64,000 nucleotides of DNA from Tubulanus polymorphus (Eukaryota; Animalia; Nemertea). This document shows, one piece after another, positions 26,221-38,037 of the stretch. Location: assembly GCF_964204645.1 (NCBI RefSeq), contig NC_134027.1:12308485-12372484 (forward strand), in the 5' to 3' direction. The stretch's first letter is position 1; each line of letters starts with the position of its first letter. The notes under the pieces are model-generated. The model searched no databases. It saw only the letters and a program-made list of their open reading frames with translations, and was not told the DNA's origin. The position numbers and the translations under genes were made by a program.

Positions 26221-27403
26221 TATATGTGGGTACTACGAAGTGTCTTCTTAACCGATTCTGACTAGCTGACAAAGTCAGAAACAAGAAAATTAACTTTAAT
26301 AAATTATTTGACGCCTGCGAAAAAATGTAGAATTTCTGGGATAAGCTAATGTGGAATTGCAAATTTGAAATCGAAGTTTTAAGAAATTTGGGGAATTATG
26401 AGATTTGGCGATTGGGTAGATGATACAGTCTTCGACTGGTCTAATTAAAAAAAAAAAATTGTCAACTTGTGACCGACTTCGATTCACTTTTGCTCTAAGC
26501 TGATCTGCAACTTCATTGCCTCCATGGTTGAAGAAAGAGCTCTTCTGATGTCTGCTTCATCATGACTTCGAGCATATCGTGTAGCCAGCCGGCCCGGTCC
26601 CGGTTGGGTTTGGCTGTCACTCGATCCTAGACTTGAGTCTGGGTTGAAGTAGACATCGTCATTTAAATAACTTATTCATGTTATTCTGTATGAATTTCCC
26701 ATGTGTCTTGTATTTTGTATTTTCTTATTCTAAAATTTGTAACTTTATTGAATTTGGGAATTTCATCCCGGAATTTCAATGTAATAAGGATCAATAAAGT
26801 ATTGAATTGAATTGTCACCTTATACACATGCCATCAGTGGACACGGAGCCGTATATGACAGCTATGCTATTATAGATTGTTAATCTCATGAAACCTGCAT
26901 ACCCCTAATATCGAACATATTTTCTAAAACATTTGAAAATTGAAATTATTTGTTTACATAGACCGCTTGACCGATGAAATTCACGCCGGCCCTACTCAGA
27001 TCGTAGATAGCTTCGTCATTCCACTAGCATCCCCATGTCAGGGTCTGACTTTTATATCAGACTTCCAAATCGTGTATACATCCGCCATTTAACCGAATAA
27101 TCCGATTTACTTATCATTTCTATTTATGCCTGCCGCTCCTGATATAATCATACATCCTTTACTATTACAATACGTCTTATCATGATATTCAATGCAATAT
27201 AACATTTCAACGTTCAAATAGAGGTCATTATATAATCACAGGGAGCCATTCTACATCTTTATCAATAATATTTTGCCAAATAGCTTGTACACATAAACCT
27301 GTGACGTTTTGCACATCGATTTACGGTTGTCGTTTGTAAAATGACGCTGAATGGTCATTGTTTAGGTTTCATAATGGTAACGTTTTATAAGACGTCAAAA
27401 AAT
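26221..27403 (-). repeat. Inverted duplicate (~1.18 kb) of 30897-32084
   Basis: Colinear reverse complement with only a few substitutions and short indels seen by eye. Confidence 0.95.
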
Positions 27404-29654
27404 GTCTGTTCGTAAAAACAATTGTTTTTGGATTTGGAAATACGACTCCAGCTCTGCGTTTCCACCCGAAGCTAACAAGCAACTCAAATTCGCTATAGAT
27501 CGTGCTAAGGAAGACTGTAACTATCAGTTCTACAAATTCCGTCAATCTCAAAATTATTTGAAGTCACACGTACCGGACCTATTCCTCTGGAAATCGCTCT
27601 CCACTATTGTTCAAGGCTCTGGAAAATATCATCAGCACAGAAAGTCCGTGGATCTTACCAACCAACTGAATAAACTCATTGATTCCAGCCCTTGGACTAG
27701 ATTTAGCAACACCGAAAACATAGTAAATTTGTCTTCAACCACGTTATCTTCTACTCAGTGTCAACTTCTCGGCTACGGTTTGAATTTTTCTCTTCCTCAT
27801 CAAGATAAACATGTTTTAGACTTTGTCACCCAATTGGAATATCGCAAATCATCTCCGAACAGTTTGGACTATAACTTTATATTCATGAATCTACAGGCTA
27901 TATGCGATCAACTCAGGAACCTTTTTGAATATCTACCTCGTCGATTTCGGCTCGCCCTCCAAGAACTACGGAAGTTAAAGACTATTAAAATATCTAAGGC
28001 TGATAAAGGTGGCAAGATTGTGATTTTAGATCTGGATAATTATAATGTTAAAATGCAATCTCTCTTGGATAATCCTGGTGTTTATAAGAAACTTAAAACG
28101 AATCCTCTTCCTCGTATGCAAGCTAATTTCAACAGAAGTCTTTCGGATATTATTAAACGTTTCCCCTCCGCTAAAGAAACTCTGAATAAGTTCCATTCAC
28201 GTCTTCCCTCTTTACCATATATCTATGGATTGCCTAAAATTCATAAAGATAATGTTCCACTGCGCCCTATAGTCTCCAATTGTAATTCTCCTACATACTG
28301 GTTATCTAAATTTCTCGCGAAACAGTTATCGCCGGTGCTCGGTTCGTTCTCTCCGTCGCACCTTCGCCATAATCAACACTTACTTGAACGTATTAAGAAT
28401 ATTATCCCTGGCAACGACAAATTTATATCATTTGATGTTACTTCCCTTTTTACCAATGTTCCTCTTGGACCTACTCTTGATTTCTTAAAACGCAGATTAC
28501 CATCACTTAACATTAACTTCGGCATTCCTACGGATTGTATCATCGACCTTATCTCTATTTGTACGACGGACTCCTTTTTTGAATTCAACAATTGTTTTTA
28601 CGAACAGACATTCGGTATCGCTATGGGAAATCCTCTTAGTCCTATTCTAGCTAATTTATTCCTAGAACATGTTGAATCTGAAATATTGCCACTTTACACT
28701 GATATTCACCCTAAAATCTGGCTCAGATATGTTGACGATGTTCTGGCTTTGGTTCCCTTTGACTTCAATGTTGATAACTTTCTTATATATTTAAACTCCC
28801 TTTACCCGTCTCTGGCTTTTACGTATGAATGGGAATCTAATAGTAAAATACCTTTTCTGGATGTTTTGATTTTTAACGGTGGATCCTTTTTGAAATTCGC
28901 GGTTTATAGGAAACCTACCAACGCTGAATCCTACCTCCATAACTTCTCTTTTACTTCTCCGGATATTAAACTCGGTTTAGCTCAAGGATTATTTCTTCGC
29001 GCTATGAGAATTTGCGACCCCTCATTTCTACCCGATGAAATTCACCATATTAACCAATCTCTCAAAAAACTTGCCTACCCCGATTTCCTATTGAAAAAAG
29101 CTCTACTTAAAGCTCGTACTACGCATTTTAGAAATAACAACCTTAGAACTCCTACGTTGGCTACCGATAAACAGCCTATCATTGTACCGTATGTACCTTT
29201 CCTCGAGAATTCTAAAGTTTCTCTTCGGTCACTAAATAAACAACTTATCTTTAAATACAATAATAAACTTAGTAACATATTGATTAACAACAAACCGAAA
29301 ACCGAATCCCTAAACTGTGGAATTTATAAAATACCTTGTAAAGTTTGCGACAAAGTATATATAGGAGAAACAGGTCGGAATCTTAATCAACGCATAAAAG
29401 AGCATAAATTAGATGTAAAAAACTTTAAACCTGAAAGCGGAGTTGCTACTCATGTTTTTCAGACTTCACACAATTTTGATTTTGCTAATGCTGAATTAAT
29501 TTACCCTTGCAGCGATAAAACTAGAAGACATATTTTGGAATCTGCATTAATTATTGAAAATTCGAACAACGTTGTAAACCTTAACAATGGTTTTTCACCC
29601 CATAATAAACTTATATCAAAATTCCTCTGTAAACTGGTTAAACTCAACACTTGA
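27402..29654 (+). CDS. Penelope-like element polyprotein: reverse transcriptase + GIY-YIG endonuclease (750 aa, probably 5'-truncated)
   Basis: KADKG, YGLPKIHK, LRPIVS, SFDVTSLFTNVP, QTFGIAMGNPLSPILANLF, RYVDD, VYRKPT, GIYKIPC..CDKVYIGETGR...RIKEH; no internal stops. Confidence 0.96.
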   Translation: MSVRKNNCFWIWKYDSSSAFPPEANKQLKFAIDRAKEDCNYQFYKFRQSQNYLKSHVPDLFLWKSLSTIVQGSGKYHQHRKSVDLTNQLNKLIDSSPWTRFSNTENIVNLSSTTLSSTQCQLLGYGLNFSLPHQDKHVLDFVTQLEYRKSSPNSLDYNFIFMNLQAICDQLRNLFEYLPRRFRLALQELRKLKTIKISKADKGGKIVILDLDNYNVKMQSLLDNPGVYKKLKTNPLPRMQANFNRSLSDIIKRFPSAKETLNKFHSRLPSLPYIYGLPKIHKDNVPLRPIVSNCNSPTYWLSKFLAKQLSPVLGSFSPSHLRHNQHLLERIKNIIPGNDKFISFDVTSLFTNVPLGPTLDFLKRRLPSLNINFGIPTDCIIDLISICTTDSFFEFNNCFYEQTFGIAMGNPLSPILANLFLEHVESEILPLYTDIHPKIWLRYVDDVLALVPFDFNVDNFLIYLNSLYPSLAFTYEWESNSKIPFLDVLIFNGGSFLKFAVYRKPTNAESYLHNFSFTSPDIKLGLAQGLFLRAMRICDPSFLPDEIHHINQSLKKLAYPDFLLKKALLKARTTHFRNNNLRTPTLATDKQPIIVPYVPFLENSKVSLRSLNKQLIFKYNNKLSNILINNKPKTESLNCGIYKIPCKVCDKVYIGETGRNLNQRIKEHKLDVKNFKPESGVATHVFQTSHNFDFANAELIYPCSDKTRRHILESALIIENSNNVVNLNNGFSPHNKLISKFLCKLVKLNT

Positions 29655-29962
29655 TTTCCCCTTTGATTATTTGTTATTTGTTCTCTCATCAATTTCGTCT
29701 CTGACTTAACTTGTATTCACCTTTGTTTTAATTTAAGTGCCCCCTAGTTTGTCTTTCTTTTTACTACTGACTTTAAGTTTCATTTATATTTATACTCACT
29801 ATTGTTGTTTATAATCACCCCTTAGTTTGCTTCCCTTTAATCTATTTTAGCGTGTAACTGTTTCTACGTTAATTTTCCTTTAGTTTGTATCATCTCTGAT
29901 TACTTGAATTAGTCTCTTTGTCTCTGGATTGTATATATATCTCATAATTTCTGTAGTATCTC

Positions 29963-30010
29963 ATTATTCCTGAAGATGACTATTAGGATATAGTCGAAAC
30001 GTTGAAATAA
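29963..30010 (+). ncRNA. Minimal type I hammerhead ribozyme in the Penelope pLTR
   Basis: ttatt c CTGAAGA t GACTAT-tagg..-ATAGTC GAAAC GTT gaaataa: CUGANGA and GAAA cores, stem II, loopless palindromic stem III (AACGTT); predicted cleavage after GUU at 30003. Confidence 0.8.
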
Positions 30011-30898
30011 ACTACTATCTCGAAGTTTCATTTTCGGACTTTTTATTATCATTGTGGGATTCTCTCCTCATATGAGATGATTTTTTTTATAATTTCGACT
30101 TATTAAGTCGAATTTCGACATAATAAGTAGAATTTCGACTTAATAAGTCGAATTTCGACATAAAAAGTCGAATTTATTAAGTCGAAATTAAAAAAGTCGA
30201 ACTTATTAAGTCGAAATTCGACTTATTATGTCGAAATTCGACTTAATAAGTCGAAATTGTGAAAAAATTTTCTCGTATGTCACCTAGGGGCTTCCGTACA
30301 TTTCTTTCTAATCCGCCTGGAATACGGTTCAAAATAAGCAGTGCACGCGGCTAGCGTTTCCGAATTCCTTATTAGGTGAAGAAGGGGCGGAGACTAATGT
30401 TTTTGCCGACCGCGATGTTGCTGCTGCTCGAGAGCGAGACTACGCCGCCGTGCCGATCCGCCGCCGCGCTGGCCGAGAAATTTTACGACTCTAACGCGAC
30501 TCTCACCGCAGTTCTTAGGGTCGTTACTTTTGATTAAAAAAGTGTATTTCAGTGCTGCCGCTGAGAATGACAGCTGCGCGCGCGAGAGCGTAATTCTCCG
30601 GGATTCGAACCTGCGCGCCGAACCGCGTGGCACCGGGCCGCGGCCGCGTTTTGTTATTATGAATTCGCCCCTGTTGCTAAGGGAATTTCAGCTATTTTCA
30701 ACTCGATCGATCAACGCTGTTCATTGTTAAACTATTCATCAACCCAATCTTGTTCGAAATTTCATGAAATAAATACATTCTGAAATAACCCGATCCATAA
30801 GTTACCGTATTTTAGTTAGTGGAATGCCGGGTTTTAGCTTGACGTAATTCTACTTCCGATTTCCCCATGAACTTCAAACCGGACGTCAAGTGACGTCA

Positions 30899-32026
30899 TT
30901 TTTTTGACGCCTTATAAAACGTTACCATTATGAAACCTAAACAATGACCATTCAGCGTCATTTTACAAACGACAACCGTAAATCGATGTGCAAAACGTCA
31001 CAGGTTTATGTGTACAAGCTATTTGGCAAAATATTATTGATAAAGATGTAGAATGGCTCCCTGTGATTATATAATGACCTCTATTTGAATGTTGAAATGT
31101 TATATTGCATTGAATATCATGATAAGACGTATTGTAATAGTAAAGGATGTATGATTATATCAGGAGCGGCAGGCATAAATAGAAATGATAAGTAAATCGG
31201 ATTATTCGGTTAAATGGCGGATGTATACACGATTTGGAAGTCTGATATAAAAGTCGGACCCTGACATGGGGATGCTAGTGGAATGACGAAGCTATCTACG
31301 ATCTGAGTAGGGCCGGCGTGAATTTCATCGGCGGCTACAAGCGGTCTATGTAAACAAATAATTTCAATTTTCAAATGTTTTAGAAAATATGTTCGATATT
31401 AGGGGTATGCAGGTTTCATGAGATTAACAATCTATAATAGCATAGCTGTCATATACGGCTCCGTGTCCACTGATGGCATGTGTATAAGGTGACAATTCAA
31501 TTCAATACTTTATTGATCCTTATTACATTGAAATTCCGGGATGAAATTCCCAAATTCAATAAAGTTACAAATTTTAGGATAAGAAAATACAAAATACAAG
31601 ACACATGGGAAATTCATACAGAATAACATGAATAAGTTATTTAAATGACGATGTCTACTTCAACCCAGACTCAAGTCTAGGATCGAGTGACAGCCAAACC
31701 CAACCGGGACCGGGCCGGCTGGCTACACGATATGCTCGAAGTCATGATGAAGCAGACATCAGAAGAGCTCTTTCTTCAACCATGGAGGCAATGAAGTTGC
31801 AGATCAGCTTAGAGCAAAAGTGAATCGAAGTCGGTCACAAGTTGACAATTTTTTTTTTAATTAGACCAGTCGAAGACTGTATCATCTACCCAATCGCCAA
31901 ATCTCATAATTCCCCAAATTTCTTAAAACTTCGATTTCAAATTTGCAATTCCACATTAGCTTATCCCAGAAATTCTACATTTTTTCGCAGGCGTCAAATA
32001 ATTTATTAAAGTTAATTTTCTTGTTT
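30899..32026 (+). mobile_element. Helentron-like element (subTIR TTTGACGCCT) nested in copy A
   Basis: T-run + TTTGACGCCT at ~30903; AGGCGTCAAA at 31989-31998, then AT-rich stem and CTTGTT; absent from copy B at the T-run. Confidence 0.6.
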
Positions 32027-32139
32027 CTGACTTTGTCAGCTAGTCAGAATCGGTTAAGAAGACACTTCGTAGTACCCACATATACGCGTTTACCAAAGTG
32101 ACGTCCCCCGGGCGCCTTCGGCGCCCGGCGTCCGTCTAA

Positions 32140-34540
32140 TATGAAGTAGATGAAATCTAAGTGACGGACGCTTCGTCACTGCAGCTTCATTGAATTGTTC
32201 ATACTAAGATTAAGAAATCATAACGATTCGAAGCAACCTCGATCACGTACGTATGGAGTGTAACAAAAACACTCAAAATAGTGTCAGTGACTAAAGGAAC
32301 ACCGAGAAAATTAATTGTTGTCAATGAAACTGGAGAGAAACTCTTATTAACTCTTAAAGTCTATCAATTTTATTTCGATATTGAAATTGTTCTGTAGATT
32401 TGGGCCCCGAGCATTAAATTATCGAAGAAATTAAATCAATTCTTATAGTTAAGCTTGGAAAAATGAAAACTAATGCAATATAGTTAAGTGGTGGGGGAAA
32501 GAAGATGAAACTTCAACTTTAAGGTTCGATTAATTTCTGGTTATCAAAAATTTTGGCTTATATTTCGATTAGGAAAATTATGACGAACCTGTTCATTTGA
32601 TCTCTAGATAAAATGAAATTCAATTTTCTATGAACAAAACTTGACCAATTTCTGAACTAAATATAAACTGGTCTTTGGCTACCAGGGGTAGGTCGGTTTA
32701 CCACTGCTAAAAAGATTACTATTTCGATTTAGATTGTATCAGGATTTTTTTATGGTTTAAACAACTTTGTAAAACCCGAAATGTAAAAACCGACATTATG
32801 GTGAAACTGAGACGGTTTGCAAGATCGAACAATTTGACCTGGTGTAAATTTAGAAATTAGCTCCATTTGAAAAGTAAAGGAAGACGAGAAAAAATGAAAG
32901 ACACCTTCATTCGCATAATTTTTTTCTGCCAGAAAAAAAATCATATAAATTATCAGCAGTAAAATTCAAATGTCAATACAAAAATTGATCTCTCGCGAAA
33001 AATATTTATTTGTTTCTATTTCTCGGGGAATGTCGAGTACCGGGAATCTATGGCCAGCGGTACCGAATTCCTTATTCGGTGAAGGGGTGGAGACTAATGT
33101 TTTTGCCGACCGCGATGTCGTTGCTCCTCGGAGCGAGACCGTGCCGATCCGCCGCGCTGCCGTGACATTTTAAGCAAATCGTACGACAACGCGACTCATC
33201 GCAGTTGTAGGGTCATTAAATTTGATAAATGATTACATATTTCAGCGCTGCGGCTGGGGTTGACTGTCGAACGCGCGCGCGAGAGCGTAATTCTCCGGGA
33301 TTCGAACCTAGTGCGGCGAACCGGCGGGCGCCGGCGCGGTGGTTTGTTTATTATGAATTCGCTCCGTTGCTAAGGGAATTTCAGCTATTTTCGAACTCGT
33401 TCGATCAACGCGGTTCATTGTTAAACTTTTCATCGACCAAATCTTGTACGAAATTTCATGATATAAATAAATTCTGAAATAACCCGATCCATAAATTGCC
33501 TTATTTTTAGTTAATGGGCTGCCGGATTTTAGCGTGACGTAATTCTACTTCCGATTTCCCCATGAACTTCAAACCGGACGTACTCTAATATGGAATACCT
33601 CAAGGGCCATACGACTTACGAGTTACGTTTTACGACTTACGAGTTACGTTTTACGAAAATACGATTTACGTTTTACGAGTTACTTATACATTTCCTACAA
33701 TACGTTACGATTTACGACTTACGTTTTACGAATTACACGTTTTTCACTAATTGGCTTCGGATATCCGAAGCGCGTAATTCAAAGAACGGGTTTCAAAATG
33801 AAGTCGAATTGTCATTTCAAACAGCATAATAAGAGTAATTTATTGTACATAGTGAATCAATCTCGACTGCAGTGGTCTATTACAGGGCAGAAAATCTGCG
33901 CGTTGGCCATATGCTGTGCGAACCTTCTCAAAATCTATCAAATGCTGACAATACATTTCACACTGACTGATGACTGCCCCGTTACGTGCACGATGATTTT
34001 AATAGACGATATTTCAATAGATCTTAGCTGGAAATTATTTTAATAATTAGAACAAGATTCATCAATTTAGAAAAAATGTATTTATTTTTTTGAAAACACT
34101 AGGCTGCATCCATCCATCATCGTTACAGTTATTCGTCTAATAATTACACCCACACAGTGAAATGCCTTCCACGTGGCCACTGTCCTTGAACTCTTGCGAA
34201 CCGAAACTCCAACACTTAACTCGTAAATCGTAACTCGTAATTCGTAAAACGTATTTAAGTTGTAATTCTTAACTCATAAAACGGAAGTCGTAACGAATAT
34301 TCAAGGAAATGTATAAGTAACTCGTAAAACGTAAATCGTAACTCGTAAAACGTAACTCGTAAGTCGTAAAACGTAACTCGTAAGTCGTATGGCTCTTGAG
34401 GTATTCCATACTCTGACGTCACTTTTTTCTGACTTCGTCAGTAAGTCAGATTCGGTTAAAAAGACACCTCGTAGTATCTACATATACGCGTTAACCAAAG
34501 GGACGTCCCCCGGGCGCTCGAGCGCCCGGCGTCCGTCTAT
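32140..34540 (-). mobile_element. Helentron-like non-autonomous element (subTIR GACGGACG), copy B, head-to-tail with copy A
   Basis: Same termini as copy A (ccgggcgctcgagcgcccgg cgtccgtcta at 34510-34539; atgaagtagatgaaatctaagtgacggacg at 32141-32170); diverged but colinear. Confidence 0.75.
33589..34410. mobile_element. IS3EU-like MITE with 7-bp periodic TTACG subterminal repeats
   Basis: TIR TATGGAATACCTCAAG.GCCATACGACTTACGAG; 6-bp TSD CTCTAA/CTCTGA; absent from the matching position of copy A. Confidence 0.8.
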
Positions 34541-36956
34541 AATTAGATTTACATATAAGAAGTCGGTGACCAGCCCAAACAAAAGGGCTTACAAGTCACA
34601 ATTTGTAAGCTTGTTTGTGACAATTATACAAGTCATAAAGAACATCAAGATTAACATAGCGACAGTCATTGGCCAAATATATACGGAAAAAAAAAAAAAA
34701 TCAACTACGATAGGCAGATAGTACAGGAGAAAAAGTGATTAGACTTGTTTTATTTAAACACGAATTCATGTTTGTCCACTAGGTAGGCTGATGAGATATA
34801 ATTTGAAAATTCTTCATGTTTAATTTGTGAAGCACTTATGTGAATATTCACTTTGTATAAACTATAACAAGGAATTATAGTACTTATCCTATCCTATGGG
34901 ATCATTTCAGAAGCAAATTAGTTTTTATTTGACAGTTTTGATTGTTATGGTAGGCCTACAAAAAGCGAAGTAGAATTGGTTGATTTAGGGGAATGAGTTA
35001 ACTTTATATGAATGCAATATGCAGAATGCAACGTATTTTCCTTTTAACGTAGCTTTTGTTTTCTGCTGATTTTTGTTTCTTGACATATTTTAATTTTTTT
35101 GTGTTAAGAACCTATTAAAATGAATACCATAACTTTTAAACTGCAGGACTGTGGTATATAGTTAAATAACTGATTCTTGGTTCCTTGTAAAACAGCAACA
35201 ATTATGGGGTTACATACCAAGGTGTTGTGTCTGGATTCATGGATATTACGTATATACATGTGTGCACGAAAAGCATTCAACTGTGACTATCCATCACAAT
35301 CACTGTCTCCAACTTTTGACCAGCCAAAGAACTATAAAAGGCCACATAAATCTATTATCTTGGATAACATTTTATTCTAACAATTAAAATCACATAAATC
35401 TATTCAATAACACTTAGCCTATGTAATCACTATCATTATATATAAATATAAGGATAATAATAAATGAGCCATTTATGATTCGTTGGGAATTTTACATACA
35501 TTAGCTTTAGAAACTGAACTCCTAACAAATCAGAAATACAGATTTCAAACTCTTTTAGATTGACTTATAAATGAAATGAGCGGAGCTTCACTATTTGCAA
35601 CTCAATGTTGTCACTGGTACACCATATTCTAGGGAATCATCTTTAAATGGATACTTCAAAATAAAACTGGACTGAAATGTGACAAAATTAAAAGTTTGTC
35701 ATCAAAATGCAAATGTAGATTTAGAATGCAGAATCATTCTCTTTAACTACCAAATTTTGGTAGAAATACAGTCTTAGTCCCTTATAATGCCGCCCTTATC
35801 AATGCCACTATGCTCACATTTCTCAAATTTTCCCAATCTAACTCAAATTCAATGGAAATACTATTCTTTATAATGCCAAGTGTTTTTCATTGGTCCCAAC
35901 AGTGACATTATAAAGGACTTATACTGCACTAAATTCCAATTTTCTATCACATGAACTCTGACACTTGACCACAGATAGATATCTATTATACCACTTAGAG
36001 GCTTAAAAAATTGGTACGTGTCAATATCAGTAACCCATTTCTTTCAATCGAATCAGTTACTCAGTTTAAACACTAAATATTTGACAAGTTTCATGTTGAC
36101 ACAAGGAAGTGAAACAAAGCAAACCTAACAATTATTTTGATTCAATCTCATCTTGAACGCAATATGCAAAGTCTACTTTTAACTCACAGTGACAAAATAT
36201 TTCATTTGTTATATCTGTTCGTTCTAAATGTTCAAATTGTTTATAGTAGCCTCAGATATAAATGTATTTGAACATATACCTGTGGGTCTGCTGCCCTTAT
36301 CATCAATGCCATAATAATCAATATTTTTGTTGACCAATAAATTGATGTTCTTTTACTGGTATTGTACTATATGCTATCAATCTATTGATGACAATGATTC
36401 ATTAACTACGTACACAATCAACTGTGTTTATGCCTGTTATATCCATACAGAATAAATCAATTGGGACACATGCAACATTTTTGATGCGCAGAAAATAAGA
36501 ATTTGTTTGTTACTTCAAATATTACAAGTGTTTCATATTTATGATAAAGGGGTTTATATGTATCTAGCAGGAAATCCAACAAAGCTACTCTAAAGTATTA
36601 CAGACGATGAACTGCTCCCTGGACCAGGGGTCGATGGACAATCTGGGATAATTTCAATATTCAATGCCACCTGGTGAACATATAAAGCAATCAATGATCT
36701 TCAAACTCAACACAATGATAGATCATGTGATGAGCTAGAATAGGCCTATAACAATTGATTGTGGTTACAATATATGCCGAGGTACGTTATTCCACTATTC
36801 AACATCCTGGTGAACATACAGAAACAGATATCCTAAAATTCACAAATTCATATTAATGACAAATAAATATTCTGCTTATGATCAGTTTTATACAACTCAT
36901 GCAGTTTATGTTCCTACAAATCCTTGTATTTATCAGTTCAGTATATGTATTTTGTT

Positions 36957-38037
36957 AGGGGATCATTCATTTAATACGTACGCTTAAATTTGAATTTTTA
37001 AACCCCCCTCCCCCTCAGCCATTTTTTCATATACATTAAGCATTACAGTACGCAATCAGGGGCGGATCCAGGGGGATGAGTAGACAGTATTGGAAGGAAA
37101 TTTAAGGGCACCCTTCTGATCTTAGGGCACACCCAGTATCCAGGTCAATGCGAGCGCCGAAAACTTTGAAAATATGGTACCATTTAAAGGCTTTTAGAGG
37201 GCTTCTAGAGGCTAGCAGCGCAATCCAGAATAAACGAATCCGAGACAAGATTTCAACAGATGCGGATAAAAAATGAAGCTGGCGAACCCATGAAAGAATG
37301 GTTGTCGCCAACTTCAAGATCAACAATGAATTTCACAGAAGACACCCATGAAAAACACTGGCATTGTTTTTTATATTTTCCCTAGTGCCCCTATAATCTT
37401 TAAAAGTGCCCCTTAACAATTATACAGAATACGGCTAAGTTGCCCCTTCATTGTTAACAATCGGCAAAAATTGCCTCGTCTTCACATTTATCCGTATGTC
37501 GTGTGCCGTATTCCAAAGCAAAAGTGCCCCTAAAATTTTAAAAATTAGGCAAAAAAGTGCCTTTTTCTTCAGCATTCACCGCAAATTAAAGCCTGACCCT
37601 TGAAAAGGCAAAGTGCCCTTTTCTTCAACATTTTCCGCGTAGTGCCCTCTTCTAAAGTACGAGTGCCCCCTTTAGTCCTCCCTGAAAATGCAAGGACAAG
37701 GTGCCCTCATCTAAAGCATTAGTGCCCCTTGAAAAAGGAAAGTGCCCTTTTTAATTCATCATGATTAAAGGCCTAATATCAAATATGATTATCGCTCCTC
37801 ACTTTCTCGGCAGCAGTATTTACCGATTAATTTTATAATTATGCCCGGATTCCGGACACGGAATTAGCGGTTGCTGAAATAATGCCGTCAAAAATATTGC
37901 CGGTGAAATTTCGAAGGGCACTTAAAAATTCTAGACCGTATTGGGCAATACGGCTAATACGGTCTGGATCCGCCCCTGGCAATTGCACTGACCCCTCCCC
38001 CCTCTCCTAATGCACACGTAATAAATGAATGACCCCT
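36957..38037. mobile_element. MITE with AGGGG(A/T)CATTCATTTA TIRs
   Basis: aggggatcattcatttaatacgtacgc ... cacgtaataaatgaatgacccct. Confidence 0.65.
37057..37978. mobile_element. Nested hAT-like MITE (CAGGGGCGGATCCAG TIR), 5-bp TSD GCAAT
   Basis: Perfect 15-bp TIR, many internal AGTGCCC motifs, GCAAT on both sides. Confidence 0.8.

Larger units (their letters stand above)
26132..30071 (+). mobile_element. Penelope-like retroelement insertion with inverted partial pLTR + tail and captured flanking DNA
   Basis: Flanking duplication CATATGAGATGAT (26119-26131 / 30069-30081); 26167-26222 is the reverse complement of 30016-30071, extended by a 35-nt tail (26132-26166); ORF and T-rich 3' region at 27404-30071. 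Confidence 0.88.
25652..30298. mobile_element. IS3EU-like MITE present as an inverted dimer (unit 1 25652-26111; unit 2 26112-26131 + 30069-30298), interrupted by the Penelope insertion
   Basis: TIR TAYGGAAGCCCCTAGGTGAC, 6-bp TSD CATTTC (25646-25651 / 30299-30304), internal arrays of tcgaaattcgacttatta-type palindromic units. TAY..RTA ends with a 6-bp TSD are described for IS3EU. Confidence 0.7.
19108..32139 (-). mobile_element. Helentron-like non-autonomous element (subTIR GACGGACG), copy A, expanded to 13 kb by nested insertions
   Basis: Minus strand starts TTAGACGGACG + hairpin CCGGGCGCCGAAGGCGCCCGG and ends CGTCCGTCACTTAGATTTCATCTA..ATT; segments 19108-19410, 25269-25651, 30305-30898 and 32027-32139 are colinear with copy B. 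Confidence 0.7.

Noticed and set aside
34788-34815. Hammerhead core CTGATGA...GAAA
   Set aside because: No convincing stem II or stem I pairing.
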